This document shows, piece by piece, positions 25,632-38,194 of a DNA stretch of 64,000 nt. The notes under the pieces were generated by a model that was not told the DNA's origin, did not search any database, and was given only the letters and a program-made list of their open reading frames with translations. The translations under genes and the position numbers were made by a program. This stretch comes from Podarcis liolepis. Taxonomy: Eukaryota. Every line of letters starts with the position of its first letter. Positions within the stretch are counted from its first letter, which is position 1. The stretch is taken from assembly GCA_965112155.1 (NCBI GenBank), contig OZ218108.1. One strand, given 5' to 3'.

Positions 25632-27109
25632 ATAGGATATTGTGGCTGTAGTGGTAGTGCATCTCCCCCTTCCCCAAGGTAATTTAATTAATATATTTAT
25701 TTACTGCTCTTCATCACTGCGGCAGCAATCCCAGGGCATTAAAAATGCAAATTGCAGCTCATATAAACAAGCAAAACTTCACCAACCTGCTCTTAACTAA
25801 CCCAATAATAAACAGACAGGCTGAGGTACTAATATCCAGAGAATGCCCGAATATAAACTTACACGAAGAGCCTTCTCCAACCTTGGGGACTGGAGTACAA
25901 AACATCTGGAAGGCACTAGGTTGGGGAAGACTGGTTTATGCAATGGGCCGCCATTTTGTTATTTAATAATAACAACAGAAACACTGTCACAAGAGCTAAC
26001 TGTTTCTGATATTTTCATCCTTTATTTCTGTCCTGCTCTGTTTTATACATTTGAAACAGAATCTTCCCAGCAGCTTGTAAGCAATGCTTCTGTGGAGAAA
26101 CTATGCTTCAATTTCTGGAAGGATGGCTGTGAAATTATTTTGCATTAGAAAAATGTGGTACAGTGGTACCTTAAAGATAATCAAATGCCTGTGTCAATAA
26201 TAAGTGAACTCTGACAGATGGAAGCTATTATCATAAACAAAGATTGTTGAGGCACCTTACAGTGCAATCCTATCCATGTCTACTCAAAAGTAAGGCCCAG
26301 TGACTTTAATGGGGCTTGTATCCAATAAATGGGGAATTGTTTGGGGGGGGGTTGTTACTGGTATTAGTATTTTGTAACTTTCCTTTTCGATACTATTATG
26401 ATTCCTGTGGAAACAGTTTCCATTTGCTTGTGTACTTTTTGACTACTGTACTTTTGTTATGTTTGTAATTATGTAAACCTTTTCATGCTGTAAGCTGCCT
26501 GAAGCAGGGTTTTAACTATCATTATTATTTAGCAAATTATACTGCCCTTCATCCGAAGATCCCAGGCTTACAAATAAAATGATGGTGACTGAAAGGACTG
26601 CAACTGTAATATAAAGACTTAACAGATTCATTATAGTCACCAGCTTTCGTGGCCTTTCCCTTTCCCTTCCCTTTTCCTGTAGTGAGAACCTTGCTGGTAT
26701 TTGAAGCGCTACATAATAAAAAACCCAAAATCAGATCAATTATCCAGTGTATCTTGCTCACGTGCTAATAAGGAACGGAGCTCAACCGGGCTCCCTTCCA
26801 AAGTAAGCCAGCACGTCGGATTGTACCTTCAGCCTGCAAAGTGCACATTCAGCCAAGCCCTGGGAATGTAAAACTGTACTAGGTTTACTTTTGCTGGTTA
26901 ATTGATTGGGGCACGGAGCGAGGGGGGGGGGATGTCACACTCTCTGAACGTTCGCTGCCCTGCGCGCAGACGCTGTTGAGCGCTTGCGGCTCGCCACGCT
27001 CAATCGCAGCGCCCCCCGCCCACCTCCCCCTTTCCCGGCCTCTCTTCCCCTCCCTTCCCCCGCCCCTGCTGGGACCAGGAGCCCGGAATCCTGGCAGCCC
27101 AGAGGCCCG

Positions 27110-27118
27110 TTACGGGAA
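27110..27118 (+). promoter_or_regulatory. STAT1/STAT3 (GAS/SIE-like) element TTACGGGAA
   Basis: Exact TTACGGGAA in the proximal promoter; the same 9-mer I recall as the cytokine-response element of the human gp130 promoter. Confidence 0.75.
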
Positions 27119-27152
27119 GCACCACCTCTGCCGTCTGCCCCGCCCATGACCG

Positions 27153-27160
27153 TGACGTCA
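27153..27160. promoter_or_regulatory. Full palindromic CRE (TGACGTCA)
   Basis: Perfect 8-mer between a GC box (27138-27145) and CCAAT (27173-27177). Confidence 0.7.
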
Positions 27161-27209
27161 CCGCCCTGCTCACCAATGGCGGCTCGAGCGAGGCGCTCGA
27201 GCTAGCGGA

Positions 27210-27335
27210 GTGAAGCCGTCAGTCAAGGCGAGCGGCGCACCGCAGTTCATAAGGTGCGCGGCGGCGGCGGCTCGTGAGGCGTCTGGCGGGGACGGTGATG
27301 GTCCGAGGCCTGTGGGAGTAGCGCGCCAGGAGGAG
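27210..27335 (+). other. IL6ST: IL6ST non-coding exon 1 (start approximate)
   Basis: Consensus donor GAG|GTGAGT at 27335/27336 inside the CpG island, just downstream of the promoter motifs. The TSS cannot be fixed from sequence alone. Confidence 0.7.
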
Positions 27336-30300
27336 GTGAGTGAGGGGTGGGTTTGCCGGCCCGCGTTGGCCTTCGGCCGAGGGGAGCAGCCTGTTGGCCA
27401 GGCCGAAAAGGAAAACTTGGCAGCTGCCCTCAGGGGGGCGGGGGGGGAGCCGCTCTCCGCTTCCCCCCGCGGACAGGCCTTGTCCCCCGAAGGCTGTGAG
27501 GGAACGAAGCCCGTTCTCGAGCAGCCCGCCTCGGTCGGGCTCTGGCCTCGGAGGCGGCCCCTGAATCGGCTCTCTCCTCAGCGGAGCCCTTTTAATGTGC
27601 GCGGCTGAGGCGCGTCCCGCTTTTCGGGCGCCTGGCTGGAAAGGCGCCTCGCGTTGCTTTGGGACGCCCACCGGCGCCTCAGACCGTCAAGCGCTGGGTC
27701 GGCCTGGTTTGCGACGCCGCCCCCTGGTAACATTTCTCTTAGAAACCACCCTCCTCCAGTCGCGGCGGAGGGTGGCAGCAGAATTCCCTCTGCCCTCTTC
27801 TTCCTGCGCGTTCTTACGTGCGCAAAGAGGGGTCGGGGGGGAGGGGCGACTGCTCCGTACTCCGGTCTGCCTTGAGTTCTCAACCGAATGTGGCAAGTGG
27901 TCGTTCTTCCTCGACTAAACATTCAAACTAATATCTATGGAAATATCTATTGAAAGGCTACCCTGTCGCGAGCGGTTTGGAGAACCTGAGTTAATTTCTC
28001 ACGGTTATTTCTTCCCCTCTTTTACACGATAAAGCTCAGCGGTCGTAGCAGATAAGGGTGTATTGCAATCTGGCCGTCCCTGATCTTTTCACGCCTGCTA
28101 TAACTTTTTCCCCCCTTTTCCAAATTCTTATCTGTGGGGCGTTTGTTCAGGTAAGCCCCACCCCACATAATCGATCACATGATGCAGTGCACACACCCCA
28201 TCTGAATGGGAATGTGCGTCAACTTTGTGGGGGCCCAGCACCTTGAAATATGTTACTGTGGGGGCCAAAACCCCTTGGGCCCCTAGGAGTTGGCTCCTAT
28301 GGTGGGCACCCATTGCCATTCTAAGAGAAAGAAGAGGGCGTTCATGTTGAGTTCCAGCACCTCTTTTTCTAGAAAAATAGCACTGCCGATAAGTCAAATG
28401 AGGGTTGTGCCAGTGGCATTCGATCAGTGGACTAGGGGTACTAGGCTAGTCCCCTAAATGTCCTCCTGGTGCCTCCTCCCCAAAGCCCAGAAAGCTGCTG
28501 CCCTGCTTAGGGAGGGAGGCACAATGCTCACCTGCAGTTGCAACTTCGGAGGGCCTCAATCACCCTCACAAGCTGGTTCCTCTGGCCCTAACTGATTACC
28601 TATGAAAAAATCACTGCATGCCACTGGATTGTATGTTCCCTGGCCAGGAGCTGAATCATACCCCTGCAGTCTAGGTCTCATTGGTGGTAAACCTGTTCCT
28701 AAACTGGGGGCTACCTTTGTGGTGCCCTTTAGACACTACTGGGCTACAACTCCCATCAGCCTTGGCAGCATAGCCAATGGTTTGGGATGATGGGAATTGT
28801 AATCCAGCAGTATCTTCCTTTCACTCCCGTTCTTCGACTTCCACTTGTACAGTTTTAGACCAAACTGCTTTGGAGGAGGATGCAGCCTTTTTGTTGTTAT
28901 ATGCAGTTCATGGCATGCTATTATAAACAATAGTGATAATGTGCAGTGTTCTAACACATTCTTGATGTTGAATAGTACTGGGATCAAGCTACAGGTACAT
29001 GGTGGCATAGAGATTGGCTGTCATTCACCCTAGTTGATATCTCTTTTGAAAGGCAGACTGGTGCATCTCAATATTGTCTCTACTGTATTTCTGGGCTTGC
29101 CATTTGTGTACTTCCTCTCCCCACCCTCCCAAGGATGCTAGGATCATCAGTATGCCTGATTAGGGGATTTCCACAGGGTTACTTGACTACAGTAGTGTAT
29201 GACATATAAAGGAAATGATACTATTTTTATTTGTATGATAAATTTGAGTAGAGTGCTGACAATTAGTACAGGAGAGTGGTGAGAATTTTCTCGGCATGTG
29301 GTTCTTTTACCTGAGTTGATGGTTTGCCTTTGACAAGATGGGAAACATAAGCAGTAGCCAGTAAAATTTTCTTAAGGTGCTTCTTGGTTTCCTATCAAAG
29401 GCAAAAAGGACAAGATCAAAGTAGGCTTTCCATCCCCCCCCCCATAAACTTCCTGTGGATTCTGATTATCTTCTGTTGTGCATTAATAGTCTACTATTTT
29501 AGCTAAAATTGTATTGGTACTTTGCAACCAAAATTTATTATAATATAGATTTTGGTTCTAAATACTGTATTAATGTAATGTGCAGCCTGATCATTGCAGT
29601 TAGGCATGTCTAGTCCCATTGAAGAAGGGCTAAGAATGCATATGCATAGGATTGTACTGTTAGTGGTGGGCAGTATTAAAATTCTGTTCTATGATGTAAG
29701 ATGCACTGGAAAGAACTATGTTGGCTTTCATTTTAAAGCACTTTGCTCTGCCTAGAAAACGTATGCAGGCCTTGTAAAACAGAAATGTATTTCAAATCTG
29801 CACTAGCATCAATTCTTAAGAGTCATATTTCAAAGATCCAGGTGTCAGCAGATAATTTCTAACTTATAAGATCTGCATATGGGAGGGGTGGGGGATGTGT
29901 GTGGGGGAATTCTATATGCACACAAAATTATAACCTGAAATTGTAACATATGCCTGGGTTGTATTTCACATTAACCTGTAGTTAAATTAAACTTATTTAA
30001 TGTGAACAAGCACCATGCCAGTGTGTACTCCTCAAAGGTCTGTGCCTTGTTCCTCCCTTGCTCCAGCACCTCTGGGGAGAAAACAAATCAGAATTTGGCT
30101 TGTTACTTGTGAACCCAAGCTTTTGGTTTGTTACTCTTCAGACAAACCATAAGCAGAAGCAAGGCAGCAGGAGGGAGAGAGAAGTGAAGCAGGACATATT
30201 AACATTAAATCACAGTTTCAGTGTGACACACAAACCAGACCATGCAAACATCTGCTTCTAAATGGGAAATTTTATAATGCACCTTATTTTTGTAGTTTTA

Positions 30301-31362
30301 ACTTGTTTTACACTGATTTTAATATTGTGTCTTAATGGTTTTAACTTTCCCGGAGACCTTAGGATGAAGGATCAGGTAATAAATTGTTATTATACTAATC
30401 CAAACACACTAAATCAGATATATATACCTTTTAGAAAATGTGCATCATTGGCCAAGGAAAGTTCTAGCCACAAGACAAAAAAATGGACTTTATCAGTATA
30501 TTTAATCATGATCATTAAGTAAACCACAACTGTCAACTTTATATTTTTATAAAATCAATATTGTGATAATAATTAACAAGCAAGCTAGACATATATTATA
30601 TATAAAATGGAGGGTGTGTTAGTTTATACTTTTCCCTCACTTTATTGCATTGTGATAATGGTTGAGAAGTGAGTTAAGTAGCCACACTCAGGCGCATATT
30701 GTACCTGGTCATTGACCACTTGTGACCAAGTGAAGATGCCTGGGCACCAGGATGGCACCTGACATCTCCACCATTTGAAGGTTCATGCCTGGGAATCATT
30801 GGATCTGAACTGTTTTCACACACTAATACCACATCCTGTAGAATTCTGTCAGATTTATTTATCTTTACAATTGAAATGGATTTCATAAAGCAAAATGCTT
30901 TTTCTGTGCAGCCTGAACAGGAGCTGGTACCATTAAGAAAAAGAGGTAGGAATAGGAATATATGTGGACTCTCCCTGGATCGAGTACTTTTCTTCTTTAA
31001 GTTTTCAGAGTTCTTAAGCTAGCTCAAGGTGGTCATCCGAACTAACCAGATGTTTAATTGATATTCAATCAATCATTTGAAGAAGAAAAAAGACTTTAGA
31101 GCCATCTTGCCCCAAAATGGCAACTAGACAATTGGGGAGTTGCCTGTGTTCCTGTTCGCACTCTTAGCTGTTTCCCTGAGTGCTATTCTTTTCTTGCTTT
31201 CCACAAAACCTTTTTGTTCATGGTTAATAAACGTGTCAGAACAGAGGAAACTACAGAACCTGTCTCCTGAGAAATGTCTTCATAAAAAGAAAATAGTGGC
31301 TGATTGAGCAGAGTAAAAATATTATATATAAAAAAATTGTTTTTACAGAGACTTGGTTCAAG

Positions 31363-31429
31363 ATGTTTTCAAAATGGAGTTGGTTACTGCAAGCTGTGTG
31401 TACTCTCCTGAGCATTTACTCCTTTGGAG
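31363..31429 (+). CDS. IL6ST: gp130 coding exon 1: signal peptide MFSKWSWLLQAVCTLLSIYSFG
   Basis: Acceptor ttttacag ends at 31348; ATG context CAAGATG; donor G|GTAAGT at 31429/30; phase 1. Confidence 0.9.
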
Positions 31430-32849
31430 GTAAGTCTGCAGGATTAATAATAATAAATTGTTCCATTGTATTATTAAGCTCTGTCAGTTTGTTGATTTGT
31501 ATACATTATAGAAAACGATTCTTGATTTTTAGTTTGAATCTATTATATGGAAGGCAATGGCATAGAGACCACAGGCTTGTCAGATCTATTTGTGTTTTTT
31601 TGTTAAAACCACAAGATCTGTGAGCCAGAGCCAGGTGTAAAAGGCATACAGTTAGATTACATTCTGAGTCTTTGTATTTGTTTTTGGTAGCAGAAATGAA
31701 TCAAGTTCACTGAAAAGTCCACTCCTGGTTAACCCAGACTTTCTTCATTTCAGGAGCCTAATGTAAGGGGGGTCAGTATTCTAGATAGATACTGTTGGCT
31801 TGTAAAGTCAAAATATAAAAAGTTGTGAAACAAGCCAATAGTTGGGTGTGGTAATATGAATGGAAGGATATTTAACTTATTATCAGGTTTTCTAGCTTGC
31901 TAAATTCCTCTTTTTAAAAAGAAATCCTGTACAGTAGAGAAAGATTACACACAAACCAATTAAGTTACAACATGTGGTATGTTGCGGTGGAAAGTGAGAA
32001 AATGGTTGAAATATTTCCTGCAAGATTAATATTTAAATTGCACAGACAAAATTGAATAATATGCTTTTAGAAACGAAATATAGGTGAAATTTCAAGACAA
32101 TGTTTCTCTTTACATAATATTAAACAGGCCTAAGGAAATGTAACACATTTGTACTGCTACCTCTGCACATTTCTATCTTTTTTATTCACTCCTAATTCTG
32201 ATGTTTGATAATGAAACTATCTTTGAAATCATGAGGTGTGGGGGAGTTCACTTAACTAGCACAGACAAGAAATGCAAATAGTCATTAGGAAAATGATTAC
32301 AGTTGCTAGACCTAATGTCTTGGATCCTTAGATATGAGAACAGAAGTAAAGCGTCCTTTCCCTCCCCCATCCTCTGCATTACCCTGAACAGCCTCTGGAG
32401 ACAGTTGGGGTTCCTCATGAACAATGTGGGATGGGTTTGCTATGGTAGGGGAGGATTTTCCCCCAGATTGGAAGGAAATTCCCAGCTATCCCAGCAGTCT
32501 CTGGTACCCCATCCCAAATTGTTCGGGGGGGGAACCTTTTGGAGTAGCTTTTCAAGGTGCAGAGCTCTCACAAGATCTCACTGGAACCCAGAAGCTGCTG
32601 CTGCTGCTTGTGGGTGGGGGGGGTGCCCATGGATGGGCAGGCCCAGAGGTGAATTCAAGAAACCTATCTATGAACTTCCATCCAGTCATTTATCTTGGAT
32701 CCAAGCAAATGTTGTCAATTAATGTACACTTGAAAAGTAAAGGGGGAAATGTATTTTCTAGGTAACTATTGTCTTCCTTTGTCATATTGTATGCTTATAG
32801 CAATAGTAGCCATCTTAGTGAACAATACCAAACAAATGATCTCTCTCAG

Positions 32850-33161
32850 TTTCAGATGGATATACGCGACCATGTGGCTATATAACTCCGGAGTCTGCTG
32901 TAGTATCCCTTGAGTCCAGCTTTACAGCATACTGCATTCTTAGTGACTATTGTCTACATTATGGCAACCCTCGTGCTGATAAAGTTATCTGGAGAATTCA
33001 AACTAAGCTTGTTCCTAAAGAACACTATAGCATAATAAATGAAACTGTTTCAAGAGTAACATTCAATGACACGTCTATATTGGCTTCTCCTCTGACTTGT
33101 AACGTCTTAGTGGCAGGAAGCATTGAGCAGAACATCTATGGAATTCAAGTTGCCTTGGGCT
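32850..33161 (+). CDS. IL6ST: gp130 coding exon 2: Ig-like D1 (RPCGYITPES...LTCNVLVAGSIEQNIYGIQVALG)
   Basis: Open frame with the conserved Cys pattern; in-frame acceptors at 32849 and 32855; donor T|GTAAGT. Confidence 0.93.
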
Positions 33162-33226
33162 GTAAGTATTTCTCCTTAAATTCTTCCTTGTGGGGATACA
33201 CATAAAAGGAACAATCTATTGCCATA

Positions 33227-33410
33227 CAGTGGACCCTCTAATTACATACCACTCTGGATATGTAACTTTCAAGTTACGAACGTGGCAAACCCAGAAGTGT
33301 ATACTTCCGGGTTTTGCCGCATGCACAGAAGCGGCACCTCTGCTTATGGACTTTTCGGGTTGCGGATGGACCCCTGGAACGAATTTAATTCATATCCGGA
33401 GGGTCCACTG
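33227..33410. mobile_element. Tigger/mariner-like MITE
   Basis: Perfect 12-bp TIR CAGTGGACCCTC; TA TSD. Confidence 0.85.
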
Positions 33411-33929
33411 TATAGTCATTCTCCTGCTCCTTATAACACTCTTAGAGGATGTTGGATTTTGTCGAATATATTGTAGACAACATGGAGAAATGAGAAACTT
33501 TTATTTCACATAGTTGAAAGGTACCAAGTAAAGAAGAAAAAAGTTACATCGTCACTTGGCAAATATGTCACCAGGCAGGAGTAAGGGCAGAAATTGCTGC
33601 CTGAATGATGTTTGTTCCACATAGTAACTACACAATTTCTGCCCCTGTACTGTATTATGAGATTCTGAGTATGATTTTATTTTGAGAATAGTGGTGACCC
33701 ACCTGGAGAATCTGTCAAAGATGTAAAACGGGATATAAGTTTTCTAAATAAAGTTTAACTATGTTACATGGGGATAGGCATTATGCTTCCATAAGAAAGG
33801 CAGTTCAGCAGGTATGCCTGTATTGTGTGGCATCAGTTTCAGCGTAGCCCCTTGACCCCTGTTCCTTCTGGCTATTCAATCTAGCAGAGAGGGTGGTTGG
33901 GTACAGAGTGTGATTAGCACTTCATTGAT

Positions 33930-34290
33930 TGCAGGGGTGGTGCATGCTGCCTTGGAAGAGGTAGTGGTGTGTCCTCCCTTAAATAAACCAGTCCTGGGCC
34001 CCTTAGTTATACTAGTTCCTCTACCAGTAAAAAATACCCTCTTCTTGGGTAGGTGGTAGAGAGAGTTTCAGTGCAGGATGACCACCTACTATTCTTGGAT
34101 AATGCAATTTTTTTATTCCAGTCTGGGTTCAGGCCTGGTCATGGGAATGAATTGGCCTTGGTCACCCTGATGGATGAGCTTTACAAAGAGCAGGGCAAGC
34201 AGTGTGCAATCTTGTTCCTGCTTCTCGAATCTGCAGCTTTTGACACCATTGGCCATGGCATCTTCCTTGACTGGGAGCAGTCATTGGGCT
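33930..34290 (+). mobile_element. Degenerate L2 RT fragment
   Basis: FQSGFRPGHGNELALVTLMDEL...LLLESAAFDTIGH. Confidence 0.75.
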
Positions 34291-34887
34291 TTTTTGTACA
34301 CAATTTTATGGCTCCTTTAGGGTTGTCTGTCCTGAAACCATATAGGTCAGCAGTTAGTAGGACACACCACCTTAGTTGGCACCATGCCCATTCTGTTTGG
34401 AGTGTCATCTGACCCTAAGCTATTGTAGAGTAGCAGAAATCCTTCTGTGAGTAGCCTGCTTGCACAATATTGGATGCAACTTGGGGAATGAACAGGTGAA
34501 CAATATTAGATTTTGATACACAAATTCTATTTACAGCTGTATATGTTGCCTCGTATGTAAAAATGATACTGTTGCTTCAAGTGTTTTTATTTTCCTATTT
34601 TATTTGTAAGCTGTCTGGAGTCCCTCTGAGGGAAAAAGGCAGGAAATAAATACTTCCCTTCTTGTAATATTTTATGTCAACTGTGGTGTTTTGATGTACT
34701 TCCTTTTTACCTTTACCTTTGATGACCTTTTGACATGAATGCTCTGCTTTACAGTATTGAAAAAAACAATTAAAAATGAGTTTGTTTGTTTTTTGAAAAA
34801 ATTGATTAGGACCAAAATGAATTCATGTTGTTTTTGCAAGTGTACTCCTAGATTAACTTCTGTTTATTTGTGTGTGTTTAAATGCAG

Positions 34888-35026
34888 TTTCTCCAGACAA
34901 GCCTGAGAATTTGAGTTGCATTGTGCATCAGCTTCAGACAGGAAGAAAGAAATATTCTCAAACTTGTACTTGGGAGCCTGGAAGATACACATTTCTGGAC
35001 ACCAATTATACTTTGAAATCTCGATG
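34888..35026 (+). CDS. IL6ST: gp130 coding exon 3: D2 N-half (SPDKPENLSCIV...TCTWEPGRYTFLDTNYTLKSRW)
   Basis: Class I cytokine receptor C...CxW motif; AG/GT boundaries; phase 1 to 2. Confidence 0.93.
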
Positions 35027-35307
35027 GTAGATATATTTTTGCAGTTTTAAAGACCTGTAGTTAATTTGTTGAATACAAAACTTTGAATTCTTAATATTTG
35101 TTGTTAAGCATACAATTTTTTAAAGGGAAGTCACTTGTTCAAAATATTTAAACATTGCTCTACACTGTGTCTAAGCAGCACAGTGGTCCTGCTAATTTAA
35201 AAGAGCTGAAAGCCAAAATAGGCAGTGGATGAGAAAAAGGGGACCAAAACTACTGAATAGCTGAATCTTGAGGGACTATAACTTTGGTTACTGATATGGT
35301 TTGCAAC

Positions 35308-36145
35308 CAGGGTGGATAAATAATCAGATTTTTTTTTTTAGTTAAATCGGATTTTTTTTAAATAAAATGCTTTTGGACGAAACCTCTTTCTAAAGATAGT
35401 TTTTTATTTAAGTTAATTATTGTCCAAAAGTTATCCATCAGGAAATAAGGATTTGTTTTTAATTATGCAGCATGAGGTTTTATATGCAGTGTTTAAATTT
35501 TTTGGTAAATGAATTCCACTAATCCATTCACATTGTCATGTTCTTTCAGAGGTTTCTATAAGATTATTTGGGGCATTTTTTTCTAACAAGAAGATATTAT
35601 CACGGATGCTTGTTTTTGCTGTTCTAAAAAGTTTAAATTTGTGTCTGCAGAGATAACATGCCTTTTCTTCACAGGAAAAATGTTATAAAATAAACATGCA
35701 GAGTTGAGGGGGGGAAACTTAATCCCATTGTTCCTTTGCAAATTTATATACACAGAATCAACCCCTTAGCTCTTAAATGCTAAGTTCCAAGAGGTTCAAT
35801 GAATAGATTGTTTGGAGTGGAATAGATCTGCACAAGTACCTAAGTGTGAAGCAGTAAAAATGAAAGTGCAACCTTGTGAGCAGAATACTCACAATATATG
35901 CATATTCATAATAATCATAATTATCTGTCTATGTATTTCTAATAGCATAACCAAATCAGTAATTTTTGATATAACTGTAAAAACTACTCTGAAAATTTAT
36001 TATTCCAAAAATGAAACCTTCATCTGGTTGTGAATATTAAGATTATACCAGCAAAAATGACTCCTTCTCTAAAAAAATTATTTAAATCAGTAAATCTTAC
36101 TGACTAGTGATTTAAGTTGATTTGATTTAAATCAAATCCATGCTG
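35308..36145. mobile_element. Non-autonomous hAT derivative (~840 bp)
   Basis: CAGGGTGGAT...ATCCATGCTG termini (8/10); 8-bp TSD tttgcaac / tttgcagc; subterminal gatttaaatc motifs. Confidence 0.7.
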
Positions 36146-36330
36146 TTTGCAGCAAGATTTTTTTTTTAAAGAGCAGAATATTTTGTAAGAGGAAAAGAGA
36201 GAACAATAGTTTGCTTTAAATCCCCCCCCCCCACAACAGAAAACAACATAATGTTTAGAGATATCTACCAAACTTTTGGTTGATGCATACAAGTCAACCT
36301 ACTTATGACTGGTTAGATGGTGTACCAGTT

Positions 36331-36331
36331 A

Positions 36332-36366
<35 letters not shown>
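36331..36366. repeat. (TAAA)n microsatellite
   Basis: About 9 perfect units. Confidence 0.95.
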
Positions 36367-36672
36367 GAACAGCCACTTCCTATTTTACTTAAAAGTATTT
36401 CGATTAAAGCAAATTGCTTTTGAAAAAACGTCTGATTTGGTGTCCTTTTATCAAAGCCCCACCTTTAAATAAATAAATTTCTTTGTGATATTGTGGAGCA
36501 AATGCTACAGTCGAAAGCTCATTTACTACAGAGTAAGTTTCATTGAATTCTGCTAGACTCACCTCTGTTTAAATCTGTCAAGGATATGTACATATAGTTG
36601 TGGTTTTTGAAGTATTAGGACCAATATAAATTTTAGTGTATTCAATCCTGCTTCTTTTTCTCCAACTTCTAG

Positions 36673-36827
36673 GCCAAACGAAGAGTTTCCTGACTGCCTG
36701 GGTGCCAATAATTCTTGTACCAGTACTGTGGTTGTATTTTTTGTTGACTTGGAAGTGTGGGTAGAAGCAAAGAATGCTCTTGGGATAGTTGAATCTGACC
36801 GCATTGTGTTTGATCCTCTAAAACAGG
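36673..36827 (+). CDS. IL6ST: gp130 coding exon 4: D2 C-half (FPDC...SCT...FFVDLEVWVEAKNALG)
   Basis: EVWVEAxNALG signature; phase 2 to 1. Confidence 0.95.
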
Positions 36828-37873
36828 GTAAATATATCAGCAGAGCCACTCCTATGAATGATTTCATATCGTCATATCTTCTAAGGAAGATAATGTTTCT
36901 TTATATGGTGAAAGAAGGAATAGGGTGGAAGAACAAGACCACCACCTCATTGTCATACTTCTAGTTAAAAGTCACACTGGGGAGAGTCTAAAAAATTATG
37001 GTAAACCAATGTGCCTGAAGCTGGAAGGCAGTGGCTTAGGAAAAATATCTAAAAATTTTAAGAGGACAATAGCTGGCAAAGAAAACCGATGAGACCTGAG
37101 AGACTTTAAGCAGGGACTGACCAACCAAAGATTCTGGGTTCATCAAGCAGCCTGCTCCCCTTCCATAATGGGATTGCTAACTCCAGGCATCAAAAGACGC
37201 AGTTTCTAACAGTTGGATTTCTGTAGCCAAAATAGATACACTAGCCTTTCTGGAGGTGGCTCCTCTTAATAATTTTAGTTGCTTCTCCTCTAGTTCTCTG
37301 ATAATGGTTGAGACTCATAGAATGGACCCGAATAAACCAAACAATTGGTTTAATTTACTGGTTTTAGCACAAAGCAAGTGTCACTTGCACTCAGGTCATT
37401 CCTATCTACTGTTTGATTTTATTCAACATAGTTCCTACACAGAGTTTGGGTGAACTGAACCCAAAAAAAGGTACTCAAATGTAGTTTTTTAAATAGAATT
37501 ATTAATAAAATTGACCATATGGTTTATATATTTCCCGTGTTAAACTAACTCAACTGGCATGATCCGAAGTGTTTTTTTAACATTTTAAAGAGATCTCGCC
37601 TGATTTCATAATGGCATCCAGTGATTAGCACATGTCAAATTTCAAAAGAGAATGCTAAATAACTAATCAGTGGTTACAACAAGCACCTTTGAATTCACTT
37701 TCAGCACCAGTTAGCTGTTTTGTGCAAGGAGCCTGCCTTCAAAGGGACTTGCTATAAGTGATCAACAATTACAGGAATCTCTGTTGAAGTCTGTTTGGGG
37801 ACCTGGCCCCCTCTCCTGTATGAACCTCTCCAGTAGTTACGATATTCAGAGCTGCTTACCTTGTTGCCCCTAC

Positions 37874-38149
37874 TTTTTTTATTTATAAGATATTTATTAA
37901 GATTTTTTTAAATATATTACAATACAAAATGAAAAAAAAGAATACAAAATAAAAATGATTAAAAACCACTCCATTTTTCTATTACTTACTTTCCTTTGCT
38001 TGTTTCCCGGACCTCCTCATACCTCCCTTTTTTGTATTCCAGTTCAATTTGTTGGCTCAGCAAATCCTTACCCTCTTTGTTTATCCTAATCTTTGGTCTT
38101 AAAATAGTAACATTAGATTTTTCCCTATTAATAACCCATTTTTCATATT
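37874..38149 (-). mobile_element. Probable L1-like 3' end (minus strand)
   Basis: Begins with a T-run and tttatt/tttattaa (minus-strand poly(A) signal and tail), followed by sequence that is purine-rich on the minus strand. Confidence 0.5.
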
Positions 38150-38194
38150 CGCCACCCGCGTCCCTCAAAAATTAATTGTAACCATATATAAAAA

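Larger units (their letters stand above)
26900..28050. promoter_or_regulatory. IL6ST: CpG island / IL6ST promoter
   Basis: Abrupt rise in GC and CpG density against an AT-rich background. Contains several GC boxes, CCAAT at 27173-27177, a CRE and a STAT motif. No obvious TATA box. Confidence 0.9.

Noticed and set aside
26935-27922. Cluster of 70-150 aa ORFs on both strands
   Set aside because: By-product of CpG-island GC content; low-complexity Pro/Arg/Gly peptides crossing a splice donor.
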